60,000 nucleotides of DNA from Camelus ferus. Taxonomy: Eukaryota. Made by a program: the position numbers and the translations under genes. The stretch's first letter is position 1. Every line of letters begins with the position of its first letter. The notes below the pieces were generated by a model. It was not told the origin of the DNA. It searched no databases and saw nothing but the letters and a program-made list of their open reading frames with translations. The stretch covers positions 118,608,001-118,668,000 of the forward strand of contig NC_045697.1 of the NCBI RefSeq assembly GCF_009834535.1, written 5' to 3'. Of this stretch, positions 1 through 11,169 are shown piece by piece.

Positions 1-477
1 GGACTGCTGGCCGGACAGCCAGGCAGGGACACATCTGACCACTGGAGTCCGCAATGCAGGAGCATAAAGCAGACAAGAGACGTGAACTCCTGGGCCCCCA
101 CACCGCGAGCCATTAAATCCAGGAGCTTAATTCAAGCTGCCTGGTGTTGAAGGGCTGGAGCCGAGAGGGAAGATGGCCCGACCAAGCGCCCCGGGAGGAC
201 GTCCTTCACTGAGACTGAAGAAGGGCCGCATGACTCAGATGGAGAGGCAGACATCAGGAAAACACAAGGGGAATGCAAACAGAAGTGGGCGTGTGCTCAA
301 AAGCAGGTTTTTTTTCTGGGGGCCTGAAGAGGGTACGGGGGTGTGCCTGTCGGCTGGGGCTGCCGCCACGCTGCACCAGAAACCGGGGGCCTAATGGCAG
401 GGGCTCGTTTTCTCCCGGCCCTGGAGCTGCAGGTGGGCAGCACGAGCGAGTTTTGGTGAAAGCTCGCTCTCTCTCTC

Positions 478-632
478 TTTTTATTTGTAACACCTTCATT
501 GTGGCATGGCTCCTGTACAGTAAACTACACGTATTTCAGATGTACCATTTGATGGATTCTGATAGATGTCTGCACCCATGAAATCACCACCACAATGAAG
601 ATAGCCAACATTTCCATCACTTCCCAAGAGGT
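478..632 (-). mobile_element. Old L1 (L1M-type) 3' end fragment
   Basis: Antisense L1 3' UTR signature: tacagtaaactacacgtatttcagatgtaccatttgatgg...cacccatgaaatcaccaccacaatgaagatagccaacatttccatcac. Confidence 0.65.
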
Positions 633-780
633 GCAAATTTAGAATTCCCAATTTATCCCTTTCCACCCCCTTTACCCCCTGGTAACCATAACTTTGTTTT
701 CTATGTCTGTAAGTCTGTTTCTGTTTTGTAAAAAAGTTCACTTGTGTCATTTTTTAGATTCACATTTAAATAGTATCATA
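633..780 (-). mobile_element. Younger L1 3' UTR fragment (artiodactyl/camelid type)
   Basis: Reverse complement of the L1 3' UTR seen at 3300-3420 and 21230-21410 (cccaatttatcccttcc...ggtaaccataactttgttttctatgtctgt). Confidence 0.8.
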
Positions 781-935
781 GGTTTGCAGATGGCTACCTT
801 CTCCTGGTGCCCTCACATTGCAGAGAGAGAGAGAGAGACAGCCTTTAGCTTTCTGCTGTCTCCTTCCATAAGGGCCCTAATCCCATCCTGAGGGCCCCAC
901 CCTTGTGACCTCACCTAAACAGAATATTTCCTAAA
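781..935 (-). mobile_element. MaLR (MLT1) LTR fragment
   Basis: ggtttgcagatggctaccttctcctggtgccctcacat...ataagggccctaatcccatcctgagggccccacccttgtgacctcacctaa is a typical antisense MLT1 motif. Confidence 0.75.
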
Positions 936-959
936 AAAGTCCCTTTGTGTTCTATAGCA

Positions 960-1652
960 TTAGTCATGAGACATTAGAATGCCTAAAATTTAAGTCCAAC
1001 AATGCTGAGACTTGATGAGGATGGGGAACAACCAGAATTTTCCATAAACTGTTGGTGAGAAAGTAAAAAGGAACAACCCCTTCTGGAAAGCAGTCTGGTG
1101 GTTTCTTAAAATGTGAACGCATCCTGCTATGCTGCCCAGCGTTCCACTTCTAGGTAAATACCCAAGAGAAAGGTCAGACAAAGACCTGAATGCAAACACG
1201 CATAGCAGCTTTACTTGTAATTACTGAAACCTGGAAACTATTCAGATGTCTTTGATCATGTGAATGAATGAAAAAGAAGTTGTTTTAGCCTTACATGGAA
1301 GGACCGTTATCCAGCAGGTGTGGGCAACCAAGAGGATAACCCCTCAAAGTCATCATCGGAGTGAACGGGACCACATACAAGCATCCACACCGTGACATTA
1401 CTTTTATCTAAAGCCTAGACACAAGTCTGCGAGTCCAGATGGCAGAATGGCAACCGCCCGGGGACAGAAGAGGGACACTGACTGGAAATGGACATAGGAA
1501 AACTTCTAGGGGAGATAGGGATGGTCTTTCTCTCGACCATGGTGGTGGTTTCACAGGTGAACACACCTGTCACATCTTCTCCAACTGCATATTTTATGTA
1601 TTTGAGGTTTATTGTACACAACATTATACCTTAGCCAAGTCATTAAAAAAAA
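960..1652 (+). mobile_element. Old L1 (L1ME/MC-type) ORF2 end and 3' UTR
   Basis: ctggaaagcagtctggtggtttcttaaaatgtgaac...ccagcgttccacttctaggtaaatacccaagagaa...; ends in an A-rich tail. Confidence 0.75.
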
Positions 1653-1929
1653 CCCTCAGTGGAAGGCTAAAGAACCCTAAATTCCAAAAGAGACAAATAA
1701 CGAGCCCTAGGAGGGAAGAGATGTGGGCATTTGCATCCCAGATGAAGCGGAGGCAGGAGACAGTCGCCCACAGTCAGGTCACGAGAGGCCGGATGAGCGT
1801 GCGTCGAACTTCTAGCTGCTGCGTGACAGAGGAGAACCCCCCGGGGAGCCCCTCGGCTGAGACTGACTCACCTTCCAGGCTTGCAGCCCAATGTAGGGGT
1901 GTGCTCCACAACACACACCTGACAGGTGA

Positions 1930-2500
1930 CACGTGAAAGGGAACAAGAAAGGGACCCAGGGGCAAGAGAGAACCGTCAACAGAAACAGACCAAGGAATGG
2001 CCCAGATGTTGCTATCAGACAGGAATGTGAAAACAGCTGTGGTTAAACACAGTAAAGAAACCAGTGCATAGTTGAATAGCAGGCCTAAGTAGTAAGCTTC
2101 CATGATGAAATAGCATGTAAAAAAAAAAAAAAAAAAGGAACCACTGGAGACACAGAAAATGCAATATCAGAAATAAGAAAGGAACTCCATTTAACATCAG
2201 AGGAAAGGATCAGTGAACATTAAGTCAGGTTAACCGAAATAACCCCAGCAAAAACACAAAGAGAATAAAAAGTGATAAATAGAAAAGCATCTGAAAACTG
2301 CAGAACATCAAAAGGTCTCACATACACGTATTTAGAGTTCAGAAAAAAAGGAGGAAATGGAAGCAGAAAAACATTTGAACTGATAATGGCTCTGAAGATT
2401 CCATATTTGATGAGAGCATTGCACACATATCCAAGAAGTTCCTTAAACCCCACCCATGATAAATGCAAAGAAAACATTCCTAAACATTACAATCATGACA
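1930..2500 (+). mobile_element. Decayed L1 ORF1-region fragment
   Basis: A-rich. Relic peptide 'KTFELIMALKIPYLMRALHTYPRSSLNP' resembles L1 ORF1 'IFEEIMAENFPNL...IQEAQRTP'. Confidence 0.6.
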
Positions 2501-2784
2501 ACTTTAGACTGGCGGAAAATTTAAAGATACTTTGTTTATTTTAATTTAACTGAGTATCTATCATCTGTATTAAAAGTATTAATTTTTTCTTGCTTTATGT
2601 ATTTTATTTGGAAGCTTATAGACCACTGAAACCTAACTCTAAAAACTCATTATGCTCTAGAGTCTAATTTGACTGTTGTAAAAACAAACGCTATGAGTCA
2701 CATGCAAAGTCTTTTACAAACCATCAGAAAAATGTGTATATAAGCCAAAAAAGCAGTAAAGCACAGTTTTTAAGAAGATGGACC

Positions 2785-2985
2785 CTGCGGGCTCAGAACA
2801 CTGGTTCCTCCAATAACTCAGTGGATGACAATAAGGCAGATTACTTTTCCACCCTTGACTTTGTTTCTCATCTTCAGATTAAATGACAAGGGCGTGACAC
2901 TTCTCAAGTTGTTCAGTAGAGGCAGCTCAGTTTTAACAAGGCTTGGAACACAGTATGTCCTGAATGGATGCTATCATTACCTGAA
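2785..2985 (+). mobile_element. MIR SINE (degenerate)
   Basis: MIR core-like tttgtttctcatcttcag and 3' end gcttggaacacagtatgtcctgaatggatgctatcatta. Confidence 0.5.
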
Positions 2986-3199
2986 ACTGGGTGTAAATTA
3001 TTCCAGCATCTTAATGTTGTTTTGCTCAAAGCTTGGTCAGCAAAACAGTAGGTGTCTAAGTGCGCAAAGGCCCACACACTCCTGGGGATGTGCCCTGAGA
3101 CCCTTCCACAGGACGAGCAGGTAAGAACCATTTTCCTAACGGTACTCAGATGTGATGTGTGCTGTGTGCACTCATGCTCTGGGAACCACGCAGTGCGGC

Positions 3200-3635
3200 T
3201 GTCCACCTGCAGCAACGCAGACGGACCTGGAGGTGATCACGCTAAGCGAGGGGGGTCAGGCACAGAAAGCCAAGTATCATATGACATCACTCATGTGTAG
3301 AATCTAAAATATGACACAAATGAACTTATTTACAAAACAGAAATAGACTCACAGACACAGAAAACAACCTTATGGTTACCAAGGGGAAGGGGAGGGGGAG
3401 GGATAAATTAGAAGTTTGGAATTAGCAGATACAAACTACTGTATATAAAATAAATAAACTAGGTCCTACTGTAGAGCAGAGGGAACTAAATTCAATCTCT
3501 TATAATAGCCTGTAATGAAAAAGAATTTATCTGTATAACTGGATCATTATGCTGTACACCAGAAGCTAATACAACATTGTCAGTCAACTAGACTTCAATT
3601 TTTAAAAGTAATTATCGATAAAAATAAGTAAGTAA
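3200..3635 (+). mobile_element. 5'-truncated L1, 3' UTR (artiodactyl type)
   Basis: gcagcaac..gacctggag..gctaag..tatcatatgacatcactcatgtgtagaatctaaaa..acaaatgaacttatttacaaaacagaaatagactcacagac..ttatggttacc..caactagacttcaatt, then an A-rich tail. Confidence 0.9.
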
Positions 3636-5134
3636 CTAAACAGATTTTGCTCGGGTTTGACAGCCTAAGATAATGAAGGCCACAACACGCTGGTGAGGGA
3701 AAATGGTCTGACCACCCGAGTTTCTCCTTTAGCGATGAAGAAAACTAACCAGGCACAGAAAGTGCGAACAAACAGCTCTGTCTGGGACCTTCTCTCTCTT
3801 CTTTTGACCCTCGTCTTCCTCTCTGAGCATGACGTTGCTGCCCAGGGCACCCTGCTTGTAGCACTGAAAACAGAGGCAACCTAATAAAAGTGACTTTCGC
3901 CATTGGACACACAGGCCGTGCTGTGATTCTGGGTGAAACAGTTATTCCGTGGCCTCCCAGAGATACCGTCCAGAGGGCTGCCCCCAAAATGGGGGCAGGA
4001 CCCCCTGGGGGGCAGGACCAGGGGAGAGGAACTTTAATGGATGGCGTCCTTGCGATGGCCGTGATGTATGACCTCCCTGCTCCTGGGCAAGCCAGCAGGT
4101 GAGCTGCAGGTGACACCCCGGCCTAAGCCAGGGGAAGGTCTGACAGCCTCAAAGGGCAAGGGGAAAAGGTGGGGGGAGACAGCACTTCCGGTCGGGTGAC
4201 ATGCTACCCAACAGACTATCAAGAAACAGCACGGCTCTCACATACCGCCACTGAAAACCTCTTAGCATGAGACGACACATCAGGGGCTTAAGAATATTAC
4301 TCTGAGCAGTCACCACCGAAAAGAACCAGAAATAGATCCTGCAGCACATTAAATTGTTCCTTGGAGTAGAGATGAACAAAGAGGAAAGTTAATTAATCAT
4401 CATTAGGGGCTGCAAATATTTTAAGACATAGGAAAAAATGAAATTTTACCCAGAGTGTTCACTGGGAAGACAGCTTTTGCTAACCACATTTGGAAATGTG
4501 CACTGAGAATCCAGGGCAAGAGGATCCTGCTTCAACTGTGGACACATCAAGTCTTGACAGTGTTAGTGTTTATCCAAGTATTTCCCACGTGACATTTGTA
4601 ATTCTCTGAATGCTGTACTGATTAAGTTTTAAATTCACAAATACACAACCTAAAAGTTCATATTATACTAATGAAACATTGGAATGTTTTGTCCTATGTT
4701 TAATTGACTTAATACAAACTTTAAAAAATAATTTAACTACTTAGAGCACACATTAAGCTGCAAAATGACTAAACATTGAGCATAAGCAGCTAACAATTTC
4801 AGTGTAGACATATAAAATTAGACCAGCAACATAACAAAACTCCTCTAATGAAAATGCACGGTATTAACGTTCCAGGGTTTGTCAACAGCATGGATGGAAA
4901 CACCAGCCCTAAAGTAAGGAGTCAAACGATGTCCTTGTTGAGTCTGGAAATGCACGTGTAACTCTGAGTGGTCTGAACTGACCCACGAAGGTCTTATTAA
5001 AAGTGATGCAGACCCCACACAGCCTTTCCCCCAAACTCAAAAAATCAAAAGGGCTGCTCATCACCTGATAAAGAAAGGCTCAGCTGACGCCCTGGCCTTG
5101 TGATCTAACCCCTTTTACCTTAAATCTTTTTATA

Positions 5135-5500
5135 AACGCTCCCTCCCCACCACCGCCGGCTGCTCCGAGCGGCTGGATCACGTGACACGGGTCCTGCGCG
5201 CTCACGACCGGAGGAGCAGTTCTGGTGAACAGACTGGGGGCTGAACAGGAACAGAATGTCGTCCCCAGGGGACAGCAGACAATTCAGAGAGCAGGGACAG
5301 CGGAGGAGTACGGGGAGGGTTCTGAGAAGTGGAGCCCAGTGTGCTGCTGTGAGGAGGCGCAGGTTCGCGCCTCGCAAGGATGGAGATGGGGGGGGGGGGT
5401 CGTCAGGACAAGGGGGGGGCCTGGTGATCCCAGAAAGAACAGAGCAAACCGCGGCTGGCGGGGAACTGGTGCTGCACTTTGAGCTCCATGTGCTAGTCGT
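5135..5500. promoter_or_regulatory. Small CpG-rich patch, candidate intronic enhancer
   Basis: Local CpG excess, ATCACGTGAC E-box (USF/TFE type) at 5177-5186, long G runs at 5388-5419. Confidence 0.35.
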
Positions 5501-5502
5501 GC

Positions 5503-5820
5503 GCACACACTCAGACACACTTACATACTCATACACACACACCCACAAATACACACTCACACACTGACACATGCACAATCACGTACATGCATACACACTC
5601 ACGCACTCACAATACATTCACACTCATAGACTCACTAACACACATACACACTCACACACTCACTGACACATGCACACACATACACCCATATGCACTACAC
5701 ACATGCACACACACACACTCAAACTCATACACACTCAAACTCATACACACTCACATACACTTATACACACATACACACTCACAATATACACTCACACTCA
5801 TACACACTCACACACTCACC
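5503..5820. repeat. Degenerate (CA)n / CACACT low-complexity microsatellite
   Basis: About 320 bp of cacact/cacata/catac units; explains the His/Thr-rich ORFs here. Confidence 0.95.
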
Positions 5821-6579
5821 TGCTTCCTACCCTGCCCCTTACCTTCTCTCTGCCTAGAACATTCTTTCCAGTATTCTCTGTATTTAAATGCTACAGCTTC
5901 TGCAAAGTCCAGCATTCTGGTGCTGTCTCAGACCTGAGCTCAGTGCTAAGAAAGCCTTCTCCAACGCGGCCCTCCTGTGGCCCTGGCCTCAGGCTCTTGA
6001 GAACTTAGTAAACCTGCACCACGGGTATTAAGCTCATTGTTAAGGGCTGGCGTGTGTAACTCTGAGACTATTTCTGGGTCCTGCTATCTCCACACACAGG
6101 CTTTAAACTCCCCCGAGGGAGGGAATGCCATGAACTTGTTGTCTCTTCCTCCGTGACTAGCATGATTCATGATAAACCTCGCTGTGAGAACTAGAAAAAC
6201 TGAGCACCCTCTGAAAAGAGTCTCATAGAATATAAAGTCACCCGAAGCTTTCAAAAATCACAAATTCCAAAACATGTTCCTGTAATTCTTGGTATTATTG
6301 CCAGACACAGCGGCGATAACAGCATTTTTATTCGGTGTGGGAACAGCACACTGACTGCTGGGGGAGGAAGAAGTTCAATGGCAAGTACGTGGCTGGACCC
6401 GCAGAACCACCCTGCTCCTGCCCTGTTTCTTCTCAGCTCCTCAGGAAAATAGGACTAAACTGGCAAAAGCAAGACGAACATCAAAACAGCAAATTTAAGG
6501 CCCACGGTAAAGTATGAGGTTAAATCTTTTAAATGAGTTTAAATCCATCAATTTGGCTAAATTTCACCACCAAGGACTG

Positions 6580-7640
6580 AAAGCATTTCTGGATGAGATA
6601 AAGGCAGAGGTAAAATCATTAAAATACTGCAATGAAGAGAGGTGTTGATAGAGAACAAGGAATCCCACCATGGTCTCAATTTTTCAAAAAAGAGAAGGTG
6701 GATTCCACCAGCTTCAGCCTAGACAGCTTGACACTGATTCCAGGCACGGTCCCCAAGAGACTGCCACAGTGATGGTACCCAAGCTCTAACATGCGACATG
6801 CTGCTGCCTCCAAGCTATGCAAGGTCACCAGGAACCGACCCCTCCAATCTAACCTACTGTTACTTCCTTCTGTTTTTGCAGGGTTCCTGATAGCCATTCT
6901 GCAGAAAGCGGAAATGCATTTCAGCAAGGAATGTGACCAAGCCTGTCACAGTATCCTCCCGGGCCACACGGAGGAATGTAAACTCTGAGGAAAGAGAGCT
7001 ACCTGGCTAGGAACAGCCCTGGAAAGAGGACTAACTCATGGGCTCGGGCAGAGCAAGGGCAAGGCGTCTAGGGTGACGCTAGACGTCCCTCTGGTTCACA
7101 ATTCTGCACCGCGATCTGGATGAAGATAGTGACTGTATCCTGATCCAATCCGCTAATGCCCCTCGATGGGGAAAAATGCCTAATCCGTATCAGGAAATCA
7201 GAATCCCAAAATACCCTGACCTTCTGGAACAGCAGGCGAGCTAAAGGTAAAAATTAAACTTAATGGCAGTAAGTATTTTTTAAAAGTCCCGAATCTAGTG
7301 ATCCAGTGCACAAATAGAGGAGTGTATTTGCAGAAGAGTATGCAAAAAGGTGCGTGTTCAATGGATGCGAAAAGCAGTGGGGGGACAGGTTAGATTTCAG
7401 GATGACTCACCACCTCACACCCAGAGGAGCTCACGCGGCCTGTCCAGTGACCTGCGCCCACCCATCTTTGCTCAGCCCTGAGGACCACACTTTCAGAAAC
7501 CCGGGAGGGCATCCACGGGAGAAATGCCCTGCTGAGAGAGTTTCAAACTATGTCAACAAAGGATGGGTTAAAAGGACTGGAATATGACCACAAAGACCAT
7601 AGGCATACTGCTGTCCTATAATAAAAAGCCTTCTGTATAC
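6580..7640 (+). mobile_element. CR1/L3 LINE relic (RT region)
   Basis: 6675-6745 (tcaatttttcaaaaaagagaaggtggattcc...agcttgacactgattccaggc) resembles CR1 'PIFKKGKKEDPGNYRPVSLTSIPGK'. 7095-7270 (gatctggatgaagatagtgactgtatcctgatccaatccgctaatg...cagaatcccaaaataccctgaccttctggaacag) resembles CR1 'INDLDE...LIKFADD...IQKDLDRLE'. Confidence 0.6.
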
Positions 7641-8610
7641 ATCCCTTAAGAGGTAAAAATTGGGATATGAATATTCTAGAAACAAATAGCATAGTTCAAT
7701 ATGAGAAAAGATTCTTATGCTCAGATCAGGTCAAATCAACAAATGTCTCCTACATTCAAGCTGAATCTTGATAAATAACTTGCCTAAACTGACCTCAATA
7801 TTCTCCTTGAATCGGACATAAGGTCATCTGCTAGGAATGAAAAGGAGAAAGATAATGTGGACTGGAAAATCCGGAAAAATCTGGAACGTGGACTGCGGAG
7901 AATTTGAGAGAGATTATCCAAGAGGAAATAAGTAGCCTCGGAGCCCTGTTCACGTCCCTGGAGCTGAAGCAGAGTGCATCAGGTTCTGGGAAGAGATGGA
8001 GGGCTTGGAGCAGAGCCGGCGCCGCCCTGCAGAGTAAGCGTGGCGAGCAAGAGAGGGAGACAGAGAAAGTCCGGGCCCAGGAGCAACAGCAGGAGAGGCG
8101 GGGTGCGGTGGCACCCAGGGAGGGGCTTACCGGCAGGACAGGAGGTTGGGGTCAGAAAGGGAACATGCAAGTCTCAGCTTTTCAGAAGGCCAGCTGAGTG
8201 AATGGCAGTGGATTCCCCGAGGGGAGAAGGCAGGCTGAGGTCCTGGGGGAGCCCACGGGCTGATGCTGAATGAGGTCCCGAACAGTGACAGCTGATCAAA
8301 GTGCAGACAGAAAGTCCTCCACCCGGTCACACTCCCAGGGAAAGTGGACTATTCAGGAGGTGGACGGGGACGGGGAATGTGAGTGCAGGGTGTAGACCTA
8401 GAAAGACAAAGGGTCACAGGGTGATGCTGAAGGAAGCAACAGTTGGAAGCAGCTCTGAACAGGCTGCAAGCCTTATGGGAAAAGGCACAGAAGTGTCTGT
8501 GTGCGACAAAGGCTGCAGCTGTCCCCGGAGGCTCACGGCAGGCCCATCACTGGAGATGGTGTTCTTGAACAGAATAACCTGCAGCACCAAGACATCCAAA
8601 CTTAAGTCAA

Positions 8611-8765
8611 GGAGGGAGGGCGGGGCTTGCTGGAAGAGCATGTGCTTAGCATGCATGAAGTCCTGGGTTCAATCCCCGGTACCTCCAGTAAGTAAATAAA
8701 CAAACAAACTTAACTACTTCACCCATCAAAAAAAGGAAAAAAATTAATTTTTTTAATTTTAAAAA
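8611..8765 (+). mobile_element. tRNA-Ala-derived SINE (camelid vic-1 type)
   Basis: gagcatgtgcttagcatgcatgaagtcctgggttcaatccccggtacctcca followed by an AT-rich tail. Confidence 0.85.
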
Positions 8766-11169
8766 TATAAGCCATTTTTTTAAAAAAAGGAAAACATTTT
8801 TTTTTAAAAAAACATGTCAATAATTCCAGAGACAGCACAGTGAGGCTCCCCAGAAGCCCACGAGGCCCCAGGCCCCAGCAGCCGAGGCTGCCCTCCCCAC
8901 CAGGGACAGCTGAGTGTGGTGGCAGCACAGACACCGGAGCATGTGTTTCTAACTGCAGTGAAAGGGGACACGCAGTTACGTCACACCTGCAAAAAGTTCA
9001 GGACTAGGAAGCTCTCCTTGGTTCCAAAGGCCTGAGTCCCTTCCCAGGGTGCTCCCTCCCAAAGGCCGGGTGTTCTGTGTCTTCTTGCCGATTCCTCCTG
9101 GGGTGAGGAGGGGGCGGGATGTGCCACTTAACCTGAGTTGCGCTGATTTTTCTGAGGGAGGGTTCATTTTAATGCAGAGATTGCGGATGGCCAGCAAGCA
9201 TTCCAGGTAGGCAAGTCCGAGCAGCAGAGAATCACACTGTCATGGTGGGGAGTCAGGCCCCAGGGCCCCCTCGGGGTGTGTAAGGTGGTCCCTCTCTCCC
9301 GCTGCTGTCCCGGCCTGAAGCTCCTCACTCCCGGTGAATGATTCCAATCAGACCCTGTAAGCCTCAAGGCTTATGTAAGGAGGATGAGCCTGCAGGCCTG
9401 CACTCAGGGGAGAGAAACATGAAATAGGTCAGACACGTCCAAACTGCTTGAGAAAAACAAAAGCAAATGGAATTCGGGATAGCCCCAAAATGACTCCAGT
9501 GCCAAAGAAGTCAACTAATCTATGGGCAACAAATATATCATCTAAAGACCTAACAACTGCCAGAAGCTCCTCCTGTATCAAGATGGAGGTACCCAACCAA
9601 AACAGACACCTAACGAATGCTTAGCATATAGTTCTAGATGGCCTAGAAACTAAAAAACCATTGGAATTACTGATATTTTAGAAGGAAGCGTATCTGCTTC
9701 TACAAATATGCAGAGAAGGAATCAAGAGCAATGTTCAAGGTTAAATCACCTGGGTAAATATTTCTAATTAAGTGGGATAAAAAAATCAATGACATAAAAG
9801 TTATACATCCTAGCAAATAAGAGAAAACTGAGCAACTTCCTGGCAAATCTGACATTTATAATGAAAATAACAATTCGAGTTATCACTTCCTTAGTTTTTA
9901 TTAGTACGATGATAATTTTAAAAGTTTTTTTTCCAAATAATGCCTTACAGCGTTATCACTTAATAAGCCATAGTTATAAGAAATATGAGGACCAAATCTT
10001 GTGAAGCTACAGTACCCCCTGCATTCTCATAAATGTCAGAAACCTATCTTGGACATGTTATTTTATACCTGGATATCTAGAAAGAGGGCCTTTGAGGGGC
10101 CATTTATATTCATACACTGTGAAATATCACACAAAGCATAAGTACTTTCTGTTTGTGTTGGGTTTCAAAGAGAGAAAGGTAAAATCCTTATTTTGTATGC
10201 CATAGATCTTACGGCGCAAGAAGAGAAAGAAGGTACCCATCTATTCATTACAGATTTCTATTAAATAAACTTCAGCATCTTGAGTTTCCTGACATACATT
10301 TAAAAACATACAAGTGGGTCTGTTTTATGTGAGATGTTTAATTACTGTAACAGTATTTAATCATTTTAGAATTTTTTCTAGTATTTATGTAAAAAGCTTA
10401 CTTGTTTTGACTTGGAAAAGGATATATTTTAACTCTGCAGTTCTTATTTTTCTGTTGGGTCAAAAATATTGGATATCTGAGGACCCTGGGCTATCTCCTT
10501 AAAAATGCAGTGACTCAAATGTTTAGACACAATTTCAGGGACCCCCTGAAGCAATCCACAGACAGCTGTTCAATCTGAACAGAGAGTACAGACTACTGCC
10601 ATTGAAAAGCATAAAATTTACTTGCCTTTTTGACAAATTAATGTTTGCTTTGAAATTTTAGACATTCATATTTTGTTACATTGCTGCTATTGATTTTTAC
10701 CACTCTTCATAATATACCTTCATAAAGTACCTGAAATGACTTCTGCAGAAAAAAAAATAGCATAGCCATTTTAAGAAAAGCAACAGATTATTTCTACACT
10801 AGGAACCAAGATGTGAAAATCTATACCATTACTGAACGCTCCAGCGTCTACCTACGCCTAACCAGAGGGTTAAAGATATTCTTGTCAAGACCAGCTCCAG
10901 TAAGTAGGCAAACCTTCAGTGAAATCACCTTAGGACTGACCTTGAAAAATCACTACCAATATGTTTTAAGTGAAGGTCTAATTTAAAACTATATATATGA
11001 CCTGTGCTATTTAAAATTCAGAGGGATTTGCAGTCTGTTGGAAACCAAGATGCCTCAGCCACAATTGACGCCTTCCACCTTCTGGTTTACTTCAGAAGAT
11101 ATAAACTGTTTATCAAGTGCAAAATGAAGGAACCACCGTGTGAAACAAGCGAGCAAAAGAAAGACTCCT

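Noticed and set aside
3665..4222. ORF cluster with a + strand donor CAG|GTGAGC (4098) and an ETS motif ACTTCCGG (4184)
   Set aside because: No recognisable protein, no matching acceptor, and it opposes the inferred gene direction
5120..6008. His/Thr-rich and Cys/Val-rich ORFs
   Set aside because: Translations of the CA microsatellite
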